Positions 8,918-16,945 of a DNA stretch of 64,000 nucleotides are shown in pieces; position 1 is the stretch's first letter, and each line of letters opens with the position of its first letter. The stretch comes from an uncultured Actinomycetes bacterium. GTDB taxonomy: Bacteria > Actinomycetota > Actinomycetes > Streptosporangiales > Streptosporangiaceae. The stretch covers positions 6,898 through 70,897 of the forward strand of contig CAVWSA010000025.1 of the NCBI GenBank assembly GCA_963757545.1, read 5' to 3'. The notes beneath the pieces are model-generated. The model did not search any database. It had not been told where the DNA came from and worked only from the letters and a program-made list of their open reading frames with translations. Position numbers and translations under genes: made by a program.

Positions 8918-9063
8918 GATTGGTTGAGCTATGCTGCACATTGGTTGTATACAGCGGATTGGTTGAGCATAGGTGCTGTCTCAGAAGAGGGTCAATAGGG
9001 TTAACGCGAAATTAGCGGCGTTCGCTAGTCACGGTCTGATCTCGATTGGTACGATTGGTTGAC
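8918..9063. promoter_or_regulatory. array of five ATTGGT-containing sites (candidate GntR operators) in the divergent FAH / GntR promoter region
   Basis: GATTGGTTGAGC at 8918-8929 and 8957-8968. ATTGGTTGTATACA at 8940-8953, which contains the palindrome TGTATACA. GATTGGT at 9044-9050 and GATTGGTTGAC at 9053-9063. The local G+C is clearly lower than in the flanks. Confidence 0.45.
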
Positions 9064-9855
9064 ATGGGGAACGCTGCCGGGGCCGCCACCCCGTTGCCGG
9101 CCCAGCTGAGATACCGGCTGGCCGAGCTGATCCTGGCCGAGTCGGCCCGGGCAGGCCTGGGACCTGGGTCCCGGCTGCCCACCGAGCGCAAGCTGGCCGC
9201 CGACATGGGCGCCACGCGCACCTCGATCCGGCAGGCGCTGGCCGTGCTCGAGGCGGAGGGCCACATCTCCCGTGAGGTTGGCCGGGGCACCTTCCTGCGC
9301 CGTACGCCGGGACCGGTCGGTGCCGGCGCCGACGGCCCCGGCGACGGGGCCGCCAGCCTGCCGGCGGCGGACGGGGCGGTCGCCGCGCCTGGTGGGCGGC
9401 CGGCCCGCGTCCCGGAGACGGCGGACGGCTTCGCGCCCGCGGATGTGATGACGATCCGGCGGCTGCTCGAACCGCTGGCCATGCCGCTGGTGGTGGCGTG
9501 GGCGACGGCTGCCGACTTCAAGGAGATGGACCGCTGCCTGGCCGGCGGGGGCCAGGCGCGCAGCTACGACGAGTTCGAGAACTGGGATCTCGCCCTGCAC
9601 CGCAGCATCATGGCGGCCAGTCACAGCCCGCTGCTCGGCCAGTTGTACGCGGTCATCGAGTCAGCCCGGCACGGGCACTCCTGGGGTGACATGAAGCGGC
9701 GCAGCGCGTCACAGGAACGCCGCGAGCGGTACCAGGCTGACCACGCCGAACTGGTCGCCGCGCTGCGCGCCCGGGACACCGGCCGGGCCACCGAAGCGAT
9801 GCGCGTCCACCTGGCCCGGGTAAACACCGACCTCTTCGGCGAATCCGCCCGTTAA
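9064..9855 (+). CDS. GntR-family (FadR-subfamily) transcriptional regulator
   Basis: N-terminal wHTH LPTERKLAADMGATRTSIRQALAVLEAEGHISREVGRGTFL. C-terminal FCD-like helices (DLALHRSIMAASHSPLL, ELVAALRARDTGRATEAMRVHL). An unusual ~55-aa Gly/Ala/Pro insert sits between the domains. The start could instead be TTG 9046. Confidence 0.85.
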   Translation: MGNAAGAATPLPAQLRYRLAELILAESARAGLGPGSRLPTERKLAADMGATRTSIRQALAVLEAEGHISREVGRGTFLRRTPGPVGAGADGPGDGAASLPAADGAVAAPGGRPARVPETADGFAPADVMTIRRLLEPLAMPLVVAWATAADFKEMDRCLAGGGQARSYDEFENWDLALHRSIMAASHSPLLGQLYAVIESARHGHSWGDMKRRSASQERRERYQADHAELVAALRARDTGRATEAMRVHLARVNTDLFGESAR

Positions 9856-9865
9856 TTTCGCCGCC

Positions 9866-10031
9866 GAGGCGGGGCGCGCCGCAGGCGTGTCCCCCCGAGC
9901 CGGCGAAAGGGGGTGCCGCGAGCCATCTCGCCGGCCGAGGCGGGGGTGCGCCGAAGGCGTGCCCCCGCCGAGCCGGCGTTCGGCGCGAAGCGGCGATCGG
10001 GGGGCTCCGGGGGGTCGTCCCCCCGGGCTAA
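9866..10031 (+). repeat. GC-rich structured dispersed repeat, family 1, copy A (1.5 tandem units)
   Basis: 9937-10031 is about 90% identical by eye to 54402-54496, and 9866-9912 repeats its first half. It ends with the hairpin CCGGGGGGTCGTCCCCCCGG (10007-10026) plus GCTAAC, abutting the stop codon at 10032. Confidence 0.8.
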
Positions 10032-10655
10032 CTAGTAGCCGCCGCCACTGCCGTAGCCGCCGGAGCCCATCGACGAGCTGGCCTTCGGGCTCGGTGACGA
10101 GCCAGCGCCCATCATCAGCGAGTTGGCCGACACGGCGTCGATCGCGTTCACCCGGAGCGCGTGCCAGACGCCGCCCAGCCCGTTGCCCTTGACCTGGCCC
10201 GGCGCGGTGTCACCGGCATAGGTGTACAGCGGGTGGCCCTTGTAGGTGGCCTGCACGATCCCGCCGGACCGGTTGATGAAGCCGAGCTTGCCGGTCAGCC
10301 GCACTCCCATGGCGGCCATCGGCTTGCCGGTCAGCGGCGGCCAGGCGGTCGCGCAGCCGCCGGTGCAGGCCGAGGTCATCGCGGTGTCCTTGGCGTACCA
10401 GTACAGCGTGAAGCCCTTGGAGTCGGCCAGCACCGGGCCGATGCCCGTCTTGACCTTCATCAGGCTGGCGGTGCTGGACGACATCATCCCGGAGCTACCG
10501 CTCTTGCTCTTGCCGGCCATGCCCGACGTGCTCGACTTGGTGGACATGGACGAACTATTGCCGCTCGCCGAACTGGGCGTAGTGCCGCTGCCACACGCGG
10601 CCAGCAGCAGCGCGGGTATGGCCAGCACCGCGGGCGTCCATCTGCGGTAACGCAT
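10032..10655 (-). CDS. secreted lipoprotein with two COG4315 / 'secreted repeat of unknown function' type repeats
   Basis: Signal MRYRRWTPAVLAIPALLLAACGSG, then a Ser-rich linker. The repeats are GPVLADSKGFTLYWYAKDTAMTSACTGGCATAWPPL and GHPLYTYAGDTAPGQVKGNGLGGVWHAL. Confidence 0.8.
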   Translation of the reverse strand: MRYRRWTPAVLAIPALLLAACGSGTTPSSASGNSSSMSTKSSTSGMAGKSKSGSSGMMSSSTASLMKVKTGIGPVLADSKGFTLYWYAKDTAMTSACTGGCATAWPPLTGKPMAAMGVRLTGKLGFINRSGGIVQATYKGHPLYTYAGDTAPGQVKGNGLGGVWHALRVNAIDAVSANSLMMGAGSSPSPKASSSMGSGGYGSGGGY

Positions 10656-10807
10656 CGAACCTCTCCGCTCATCGAGAAGGGGGCGGACATTCATTCCCCC
10701 TGAGCACGTAACGCTAGATCCGGTCGTTCAGCCGCAGCAGCGGAATGGGCATTACGTCTTTCTTACCGGTGTTCCGGCTGGCCCGTAACTGGGGGTGGCC
10801 GGGCCAC

Positions 10808-11842
10808 TCAGCCCGCGGCCGCGATCCGGCCGGCCAGCCAGGCCAGCGACATCGGGTACCGGTAGTCGATGCCCATGTGGGTGGCGTCGAACAGCTCGAA
10901 GTGGATCACGTCGTCGGCCACCCCGGCGCCGCGCAGCGCCTCGCGGAACGCCGTCGCGCCCAGGTCGAGGAACCATTCGTCGCGCTTGCCCGCGTCGATC
11001 CAGATGCTGCCCAGCCCACGTAGCGCCGCGGTGTACCGCGGCACCATCCGGACCGGGTCCCAGTCCAGCCAGCGCTGCCACACCGCGGGCCGGAGCTGCC
11101 CGGTCAGCGGCTCGAACGGCAGCTCCACCGTGCCGTCCTCGCGGGCCGAGAAGCAGGCCGACACGCCGAGCAGCATGAGCAGGTCGTGGTCGGCTTCCTT
11201 GGTGAACGAGGTGCGCGACTGGAAGTCCGCCCACCACTTCCAGATGTCCCCGTCGTAGTCCCGCAGATGCCGCGCGGACTTGCCGAACTCCGGGATGTAG
11301 CACAGCTCGTAGAGCGAGTCACCGGCGTGCGTGGCCAGCGCACCGAACAGGTCGGGGCGCAGCATCGGGGTGATCATCGCGCCGAAGCCGCCGCTCGACT
11401 TGCCCATGATCGCCCGGTGCGCGGCCGCGTCCAGCGTCCGGTAGTGCGCGTCCACCCAGGGCACCACCTCGTTGCACAGGTAGGAGTGGTACCGCCCGGT
11501 GCCCGGCGAGTCCACGAACTGGCTGCCGCCGTAAGCGGTCCACGCGTCCACGTAGACCACGATCGTGCCCGGTGCCTGCCCGGACCCGAACACCGCGTCG
11601 GCCGTCTCCGGGAACGGCTGCCGGTACGGCGACCGGTTCTGCCACATCGCGATGTGCCCGGTGTAGCCCTGGATCACGTACACCGTCGGGTAGCGGCGAC
11701 CCGGGTCCGCGTCGTAACCGGGTGGCACATACACCCACAGCGGCCGCTCCGCCGGGTCACCCAGCGGGTTGCCCCGCAGCAGCTCACTGGTGATCACGTG
11801 CTCGTCGATTCGCCCCGCCAGATCGGCAGACCAGGGCAGCAT
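10808..11842 (-). CDS. alpha/beta-hydrolase esterase (enterochelin-esterase / esterase-D-like family)
   Basis: Contains YPTVYVIQGYTGH and the nucleophile elbow GKSSGGFGA, with a conserved THAGD. Start at ATG 11842 (MLPWSADL). Confidence 0.85.
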   Translation of the reverse strand: MLPWSADLAGRIDEHVITSELLRGNPLGDPAERPLWVYVPPGYDADPGRRYPTVYVIQGYTGHIAMWQNRSPYRQPFPETADAVFGSGQAPGTIVVYVDAWTAYGGSQFVDSPGTGRYHSYLCNEVVPWVDAHYRTLDAAAHRAIMGKSSGGFGAMITPMLRPDLFGALATHAGDSLYELCYIPEFGKSARHLRDYDGDIWKWWADFQSRTSFTKEADHDLLMLLGVSACFSAREDGTVELPFEPLTGQLRPAVWQRWLDWDPVRMVPRYTAALRGLGSIWIDAGKRDEWFLDLGATAFREALRGAGVADDVIHFELFDATHMGIDYRYPMSLAWLAGRIAAAG

Positions 11843-11898
11843 CGGGCCTCCTTCTTGGCGCACAGGTAGCGGACCGCGCTGGGACCTACGGTAGAGGA

Positions 11899-14208
11899 AT
11901 GAGCACCGAGCAGGCTGAGCGAGACCCGGTGGAGCTGCACTTCGCCGAGATGGCCAGCACCCTCAATGGCCGTGTCAGCCCGGGGGGACGACCCCCTAGC
12001 CCGCTGCGGCCTGCCGCCGCGCTAGCCGACGGCACCGTGCGCCGGCCGCCCGGTGCCGCCCCCATCCGGCCGGGGTCGGCGCTCACCGGCCAGCAGTGCC
12101 TGGACCTGTTCGACGCCCAGCTGGCCAGCCGGCACCTGGACGTGGCCGCGCGCTGGCTGCGCGCCCGTGGCGCCGGCCACTACACGATCGGCTCGTCCGG
12201 GCACGAGGGCAACGCCGGCGTCGCCGCCGCGCTCCGGCTCACCGACCCGGCGCTGCTGCACTACCGGTCCGGGGCGTTCTACCTGGCCCGTGCCCAGCAG
12301 ACCAGCCCGCCGCACGACGGCGTGCGGGATGTGCTGCTCGGCCTGGTGGCCGCCACCGAGGAGCCGATCGCGGGCGGCCGGCACAAGGTGTTCGGCAGCC
12401 AGGCGCTGAACGTGATCCCGCAGACCTCGACCATTGCCTCGCACCTGCCCCGGGCCATGGGGCTGGCCTTCGCCCTGGACCGGGCCGCCCGGCTGGGCCA
12501 GCGCGCGGCCTGGCCGTCCGACGCGATCGTGGTAGCCAGCCTGGGTGACGCGTCGCTGAACCACTCAACCGCGGCCGGGGCGATCAGCACCGCCGCGTAC
12601 TGCGCGTTCCAGCACCTCCCGCTGCCGCTGCTGATGGTGGTCGAGGACAACGGTCTCGGCATCAGCGTGCGGACCCCGCCCGGCTGGGTCGGCACGGCCC
12701 TCAAGGCCGTGCCGGGCATCGGCTACTTCCACGCCGACGGCGCCGACCTGGCCGCGGTGTATGACACCGCGCAGGCCGCCGCGGCCTGGGTCCGTGACCG
12801 GCGCTCCCCCGCGTTCCTGCACCTGGATGTGGTCCGGTTCGGCGGCCACGCGGGCTCGGACGTGGAGAGCGGCTACCGCACCCCGGCCGACCTGGCCGCC
12901 GACCTGGCCGCGGACCCGCTGCTCGGCACCGCGCGGCTGCTGGTCAGCGCCGGGGTGGTCACCCCGGCGGAGGTGATCGCCCGGTACGAGCAGTCCCGTG
13001 CCCACGTGCTCGGCCTGGCCGGCCAGCTGGCTGATGCCCCGCGGCTGGCCTCCGCCGAGCAGGTGATGGCCCCGCTCGCCCCGCACCGGCCCGACCAGGT
13101 TTGGGCCGGCGCATGCCTCAGCGCGGATCCGGCCAGCAGGCATAACGCCTTTGCCGGGCGGCTGCCCGAGCAGGCCGGCGGGCTGACCCTGGCGCAGTCG
13201 GTCAATGCCGCGCTGACCGATGCGCTGGCCGCCCGGCCGGGCATGCTGGTGTTCGGCGAGGACGTGGCCCGCAAGGGCGGCGTGTACGGGGTGACCCGGG
13301 GCCTGCTCGACCGGTTCGGCGCCGCCCGGGTGTTCGACACCCTGCTCGACGAGTCGTCCATCCTCGGCCTGGCCCTGGGCGCGGGGCTGGCCGGGCTGCT
13401 CCCGGTGCCGGAGATCCAGTATCTGGCCTACCTGCACAACGCGGCGGACCAGATCCGGGGCGAGGCGGCCACGCTGTCCTTCTTCTCCCAGGGCCAGTAC
13501 CGCAACCCGATGGTGGTGCGCATCGCCGGGCTGGCCTATCAGCGCGGCTTCGGCGGGCACTTCCACAACGACAACGCGGTGGCCAGCCTGCGTGACATCC
13601 CGGGCCTGCTGATCGCCTGCCCGGCCCGGCCGGACGACGCGGCGGCCATGCTGCGCACCTGCCTGGCCGCCGCGGAAACGGACGGCCGGGTATGCGTGTT
13701 CCTCGAGCCGATCGCGCTGTACCACACCCGGGACCTGGCCGAGCCCGGGGACGGCGGCTGGCTGGCCCGCTATGACTCGCCCGCCGCCTGGCCCGCCGGG
13801 CATGTCCCGGTCGGCCGCGCGTGCTGCCACGGGGACGGGCGTGACCTGACCATCGTCACGTTCGGCAACGGCCTGCCGATGAGCCTGCGGGTGGCCGCCC
13901 GGCTGGCCGCCGACGGCATCGGCTGCCGGGTGCTCGACCTGCGCTGGATCGCGCCGCTGCCCGCCGACGACATCCTGCGCGAGGCCAGCGTCACCGGCCG
14001 GGTGCTGGTGGCCGACGAGACCCGGCGCACCGGCGGGGTCTCCGAGGCGGTGCTCACCGCGCTGGCCGACGCCGGGTTCGGCGGCCGGGTCGCGCGGGTC
14101 ACCAGCGCGGACAGCTTCATCCCGCTGGGTGAGGCGGCCAACCTGGTGCTGCTGTCCGAGGCGGCCATCGAGTCGGCCGCCCGGCGGCTGGCTGCGCTGC
14201 CTGGCTGA
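11899..14208 (+). CDS. thiamine-diphosphate-dependent 2-oxoacid dehydrogenase E1 component, fused alpha/beta subunits
   Basis: The alpha-like half has YTIGSSGHEGNAGVAAAL...SLGDASLNHSTAAGAISTAAY. The beta-like half has LTLAQSVNAALTDALAARPGMLVFGEDVARKGGVYGVTRGL...VFDTLLDESSILGLALGA. No E2 or E3 gene lies nearby. The first ~46 codons contain a repeat hairpin, so GTG 12037 is an alternative start. Confidence 0.85.
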   Translation: MSTEQAERDPVELHFAEMASTLNGRVSPGGRPPSPLRPAAALADGTVRRPPGAAPIRPGSALTGQQCLDLFDAQLASRHLDVAARWLRARGAGHYTIGSSGHEGNAGVAAALRLTDPALLHYRSGAFYLARAQQTSPPHDGVRDVLLGLVAATEEPIAGGRHKVFGSQALNVIPQTSTIASHLPRAMGLAFALDRAARLGQRAAWPSDAIVVASLGDASLNHSTAAGAISTAAYCAFQHLPLPLLMVVEDNGLGISVRTPPGWVGTALKAVPGIGYFHADGADLAAVYDTAQAAAAWVRDRRSPAFLHLDVVRFGGHAGSDVESGYRTPADLAADLAADPLLGTARLLVSAGVVTPAEVIARYEQSRAHVLGLAGQLADAPRLASAEQVMAPLAPHRPDQVWAGACLSADPASRHNAFAGRLPEQAGGLTLAQSVNAALTDALAARPGMLVFGEDVARKGGVYGVTRGLLDRFGAARVFDTLLDESSILGLALGAGLAGLLPVPEIQYLAYLHNAADQIRGEAATLSFFSQGQYRNPMVVRIAGLAYQRGFGGHFHNDNAVASLRDIPGLLIACPARPDDAAAMLRTCLAAAETDGRVCVFLEPIALYHTRDLAEPGDGGWLARYDSPAAWPAGHVPVGRACCHGDGRDLTIVTFGNGLPMSLRVAARLAADGIGCRVLDLRWIAPLPADDILREASVTGRVLVADETRRTGGVSEAVLTALADAGFGGRVARVTSADSFIPLGEAANLVLLSEAAIESAARRLAALPG
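11973..11997. repeat. family-1 hairpin-only copy C (inverted orientation)
   Basis: GTCAGCCCGGGGGGACGACCCCCT matches the reverse complement of the 3' end of copies A and B (GTTAGCCCGGGGGGACGACCCCCC). Confidence 0.6.
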
Positions 14209-14349
14209 GCGCGGGCGGCGGGGCGGGTACCCGTTGTTCACTGGGCGGCCATTGTCCGGTTACCCCGTTGCCCACCGATTTGCCCGATTACTAATCCCGG
14301 CGTTGCCGTTGTCCCAATAAACCGGGCGGCGCGTGTCTATGCTGCTCAC

Positions 14350-15993
14350 GTGGGGATTCCGGGGATACCACGAGGGCGCCTCGGCCATCCGTCATGGCTG
14401 ATCGCGGCGCTGGATTCCCGGCCGGAACTGGCGAGCGCGGGACGGCTGGCCGGCCGCCTGGTCAATCGGGCTATCGCGCTGGCCGCCGCCCGGGTAGAGG
14501 AATCGCCGCTGCGCCGTGCGCTGCTCACCCATCTCGGCCCGCAGGCCGCGAGCTGGCCAGTGCTGACCGCGTCCTGGCCGGCGTTCGATCAGGTGAACGT
14601 CCAGCTGGGCGTCGAGGCCTGGCTGGCCGGCCCGGGGCGGACCCACGATCTCCTCGGCGTCACCGGGGCCCGGTACTGGCAGTCCGGGCTGGCCGACCTG
14701 CTCAGCGACGGGCCGCCCGACCCGCTGCTCGGCTCGCCCGGGGTGGGCAGTGTTACCACCGAGCCGCGTCCGGCCGGGCCGGGCGGGGTCACCCATCCCT
14801 GTGTCAGCTGCGGCGTCTACCTGATCGAGGACGGTGACGGCCGGTTCGCGCTGCTGCTCCGCGGCCCCGAGGACGGCAGCCCGGACGAACCGGTCCGGCT
14901 CCAGGTAGCCGGGGCCAGCCAGGCCCGGGCCGGCCAGCTGCTCGACGAGATACGGCGGCTGGCCGCCGAGCACAACGTCTACCGGGGTCAGGTCATCTCG
15001 TTCGACGCGGAGGACTGCGCGGCGGCCGGCAGCCGGCCGGCGTTCCTGGCCCGGCCGCGGATCGGCCGGGCCGACGTGGTGCTGCCCCGGGATCTGCTCG
15101 ACGGCATCGAGCGGCAGGTGGTCGGGATCGCCCGGCACGCCACCGCGCTGCGGGCCAGCGGACAGCACCTCAAGCGGGGCGTTCTGCTGCATGGCCCGCC
15201 CGGGACGGGCAAGACGCACACGGTCCGTTACCTGCTCAGCCAGCTGCCTGGGGTGACCGCCATCGTGCTGTCCGGCGGGTCGCTGCCAGCCATCGGGGAG
15301 GCCTGCTCGATCGCCCGGGCGCTGCAGCCGTCAGTCGTCGTGGTCGAGAACGTGGATCTGCTGGCCGGGCCGGGCGAGGCGGTCCGCGGGCATCCGCTGC
15401 TGGCCCGGCTGCTGAACGAGATGGACGGGCTCGGCGCCGACGCCAACGTGACGTTCCTGCTCACCGCCAGCCAGTCGGACGTGCTGGAGGACGCGCTGGC
15501 CGCGCGGCCAGGGCGGATCGACCACACCGCGCGGCTGCCGCTGCCGGACGCGGCGGCCCGGCGCCGGCTGGTCCGGCTGTACCAGGGCGGGCTGCACATC
15601 GGCCGGGCCAGCGCGATGACCGTGGTGGCCCGCACCGACGGAGTGACGGCCTCGTTCATCAGGGAACTGCTCCGCCGGGCCGCGCTGCACGCGGCCATGC
15701 ACGCGGACGGCACGCGGGCCGCCCGCACTCCCCCGCTGAACGGCTCGGCGCCGCACGCTGAGCCGGTGGCCCACGGTGTGGCCACCGCGCCGGGGATACC
15801 GCTGCGGGTGACCGCCCGGCAGCTGAACCGGGCGCTCGACGAACTGCTGGACAGCAGCCACGACCTGACCCGGGTGCTGCTCGGCAGCCGCCCGGCGCAC
15901 GGCGCCGACGCGGTCATCCGCCCTGTCCTCCCCCGCCTCCGCCCAACACCGACCCCCACCCCGTTACCCCCGGCCAGCACCCCCCACCGCTAA
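14350..15993 (+). CDS. AAA+ ATPase with an uncharacterised ~270-aa N-terminal domain
   Basis: Walker A GPPGTGKT, Walker B SVVVVENVD and arginine-finger region ARPGRIDH, followed by an AAA lid. Pro/Thr-rich tail RLRPTPTPTPLPPASTP. Confidence 0.85.
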   Translation: MGIPGIPRGRLGHPSWLIAALDSRPELASAGRLAGRLVNRAIALAAARVEESPLRRALLTHLGPQAASWPVLTASWPAFDQVNVQLGVEAWLAGPGRTHDLLGVTGARYWQSGLADLLSDGPPDPLLGSPGVGSVTTEPRPAGPGGVTHPCVSCGVYLIEDGDGRFALLLRGPEDGSPDEPVRLQVAGASQARAGQLLDEIRRLAAEHNVYRGQVISFDAEDCAAAGSRPAFLARPRIGRADVVLPRDLLDGIERQVVGIARHATALRASGQHLKRGVLLHGPPGTGKTHTVRYLLSQLPGVTAIVLSGGSLPAIGEACSIARALQPSVVVVENVDLLAGPGEAVRGHPLLARLLNEMDGLGADANVTFLLTASQSDVLEDALAARPGRIDHTARLPLPDAAARRRLVRLYQGGLHIGRASAMTVVARTDGVTASFIRELLRRAALHAAMHADGTRAARTPPLNGSAPHAEPVAHGVATAPGIPLRVTARQLNRALDELLDSSHDLTRVLLGSRPAHGADAVIRPVLPRLRPTPTPTPLPPASTPHR

Positions 15994-16142
15994 CCGACCC
16001 CTTCGGACCTGCATCAGCTCGGTGCGTTGTGCCCCACCAGCGAGGCATTTCTGCACCGCACTTACGCGTGCGGCACACGGACGCGCCACACCAGTCACAT
16101 CAGCCCCAGCCCAGACGCGGCTAGGGCTCGCACCGCGTCAGC

Positions 16143-16182
16143 GCGGTGAGAAAGCGGTCACCGGCGACCACAAACTCACCGC
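16143..16182 (-). terminator. imperfect palindromic hairpin 3' of the DUF397 gene; degenerate copy of the 46248-46291 palindrome
   Basis: GCGGTGAG...CTCACCGC outer stem plus a GGTC/GACC inner stem. 16156-16182 matches 46264-46290 at 25 of 27 positions. Confidence 0.45.
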
Positions 16183-16184
16183 CC

Positions 16185-16391
16185 TCATGCCACAGACTGA
16201 CCGTCGCGCAGCTGCGCGGTGAATGCCCGCCACTCATCGGGGGTGAAGACAAGGGCTGGGCCGGACTGATCTTTCGAGTCGCGGACGGCGACGATGCCGG
16301 GCAGGTTGCGGGCGACCTGCACGCAGGTTGACCCGTTCGCGCTGTGCGTGCTGGTGCGCCACTGGGCGCGGCGCAGATCGTGAGCGTCCAC
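16185..16391 (-). CDS. DUF397 domain protein
   Basis: WRTSTHSANGSTCVQVARNLPGIVAVRDSKDQSGPALVFTPDEWRAFTAQL is the canonical DUF397 pattern. Confidence 0.85.
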   Translation of the reverse strand: MDAHDLRRAQWRTSTHSANGSTCVQVARNLPGIVAVRDSKDQSGPALVFTPDEWRAFTAQLRDGQSVA

Positions 16392-16433
16392 TTCCGTGCC
16401 TCCTCTCTGGCCTGGAGGCGTGTTCCCGCCAGG

Positions 16434-16590
16434 TCATTTGATGCTATCGGCTGCGCTGGCCAGGAATTCTGCTGATTTCTGGCCCGGGAGAGCCAGGGCG
16501 CGAAGCCGGTCGAAGGCCATGCCGTAGCGGTACACCTCAGCGTCCTGCTCGACGTACAGCGCTGGATCTCCGTCGTGAATGGCCACACCC
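16434..16590 (-). pseudogene. C-terminal remnant (~50 codons) of an XRE-HTH/DUF5753-type regulator, the usual DUF397 partner
   Basis: Only ...AIHDGDPALYVEQDAEVYRYGMAFDRLRALALPGQKSAEFLASAADSIK looks protein-like. Upstream of ~16590 the same frame is antisense to the plus-strand HTH gene. Confidence 0.5.
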
Positions 16591-16919
16591 TGCGTCGGCT
16601 CCGGCGTCAGCACGGCCTGTCCCGGGAACAGCTGGCCACCAAGGCCGGCCTCAGTCTCGCTACCGTGGCCAGGCTCGAACGGAAGCCCTGGAGCACTTGC
16701 CGGTCCCGCACAGTCGCCCGGCTCGCCGCCGCCATCGGAGAACAGCCCGTCACCCTGAGCGCCGGAACCGCTGACGTGATCGCGGCCTTCGACCAAGCAG
16801 AGATGGACTTCGGACCGGACGGCGGGTTCCGTTACGACGGCGGCCGGGACCTCTCCCGGCTCGCCGAACAGGCGAAGGCTGATGACTTGGGCGTCGAGAA
16901 GACCGCACTGGACACCTAG
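16575..16919 (+). CDS. XRE-family helix-turn-helix protein (114 aa)
   Basis: LRRLRRQHGLSREQLATKAGLSLATVARLERK is a Cro/C1-type HTH. GTG start at 16575. Confidence 0.6.
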   Translation: MNGHTLRRLRRQHGLSREQLATKAGLSLATVARLERKPWSTCRSRTVARLAAAIGEQPVTLSAGTADVIAAFDQAEMDFGPDGGFRYDGGRDLSRLAEQAKADDLGVEKTALDT

Positions 16920-16945
16920 AGTTCCTATGCATAGACTTACGCAGT

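Noticed and set aside
9887-10192. 101-aa plus-strand ORF in the GntR/lipoprotein spacer. Also the similar peptides LCASGGL...GAPLRRG in ORFs 51221..51703(+) and 52576..53118(-).
   Set aside because: These ORFs are translations of the dispersed DNA repeats. The peptide similarity reflects nucleotide repetition, not paralogous proteins, and the composition is Arg/Pro-rich.
14209-14349. Lower-GC spacer with CCGTTG-type short repeats upstream of the AAA+ gene as a possible ncRNA or riboswitch
   Set aside because: I could find no conserved-looking stem architecture, and there is no terminator or anti-terminator pair. It is most simply the promoter region of the AAA+ gene.
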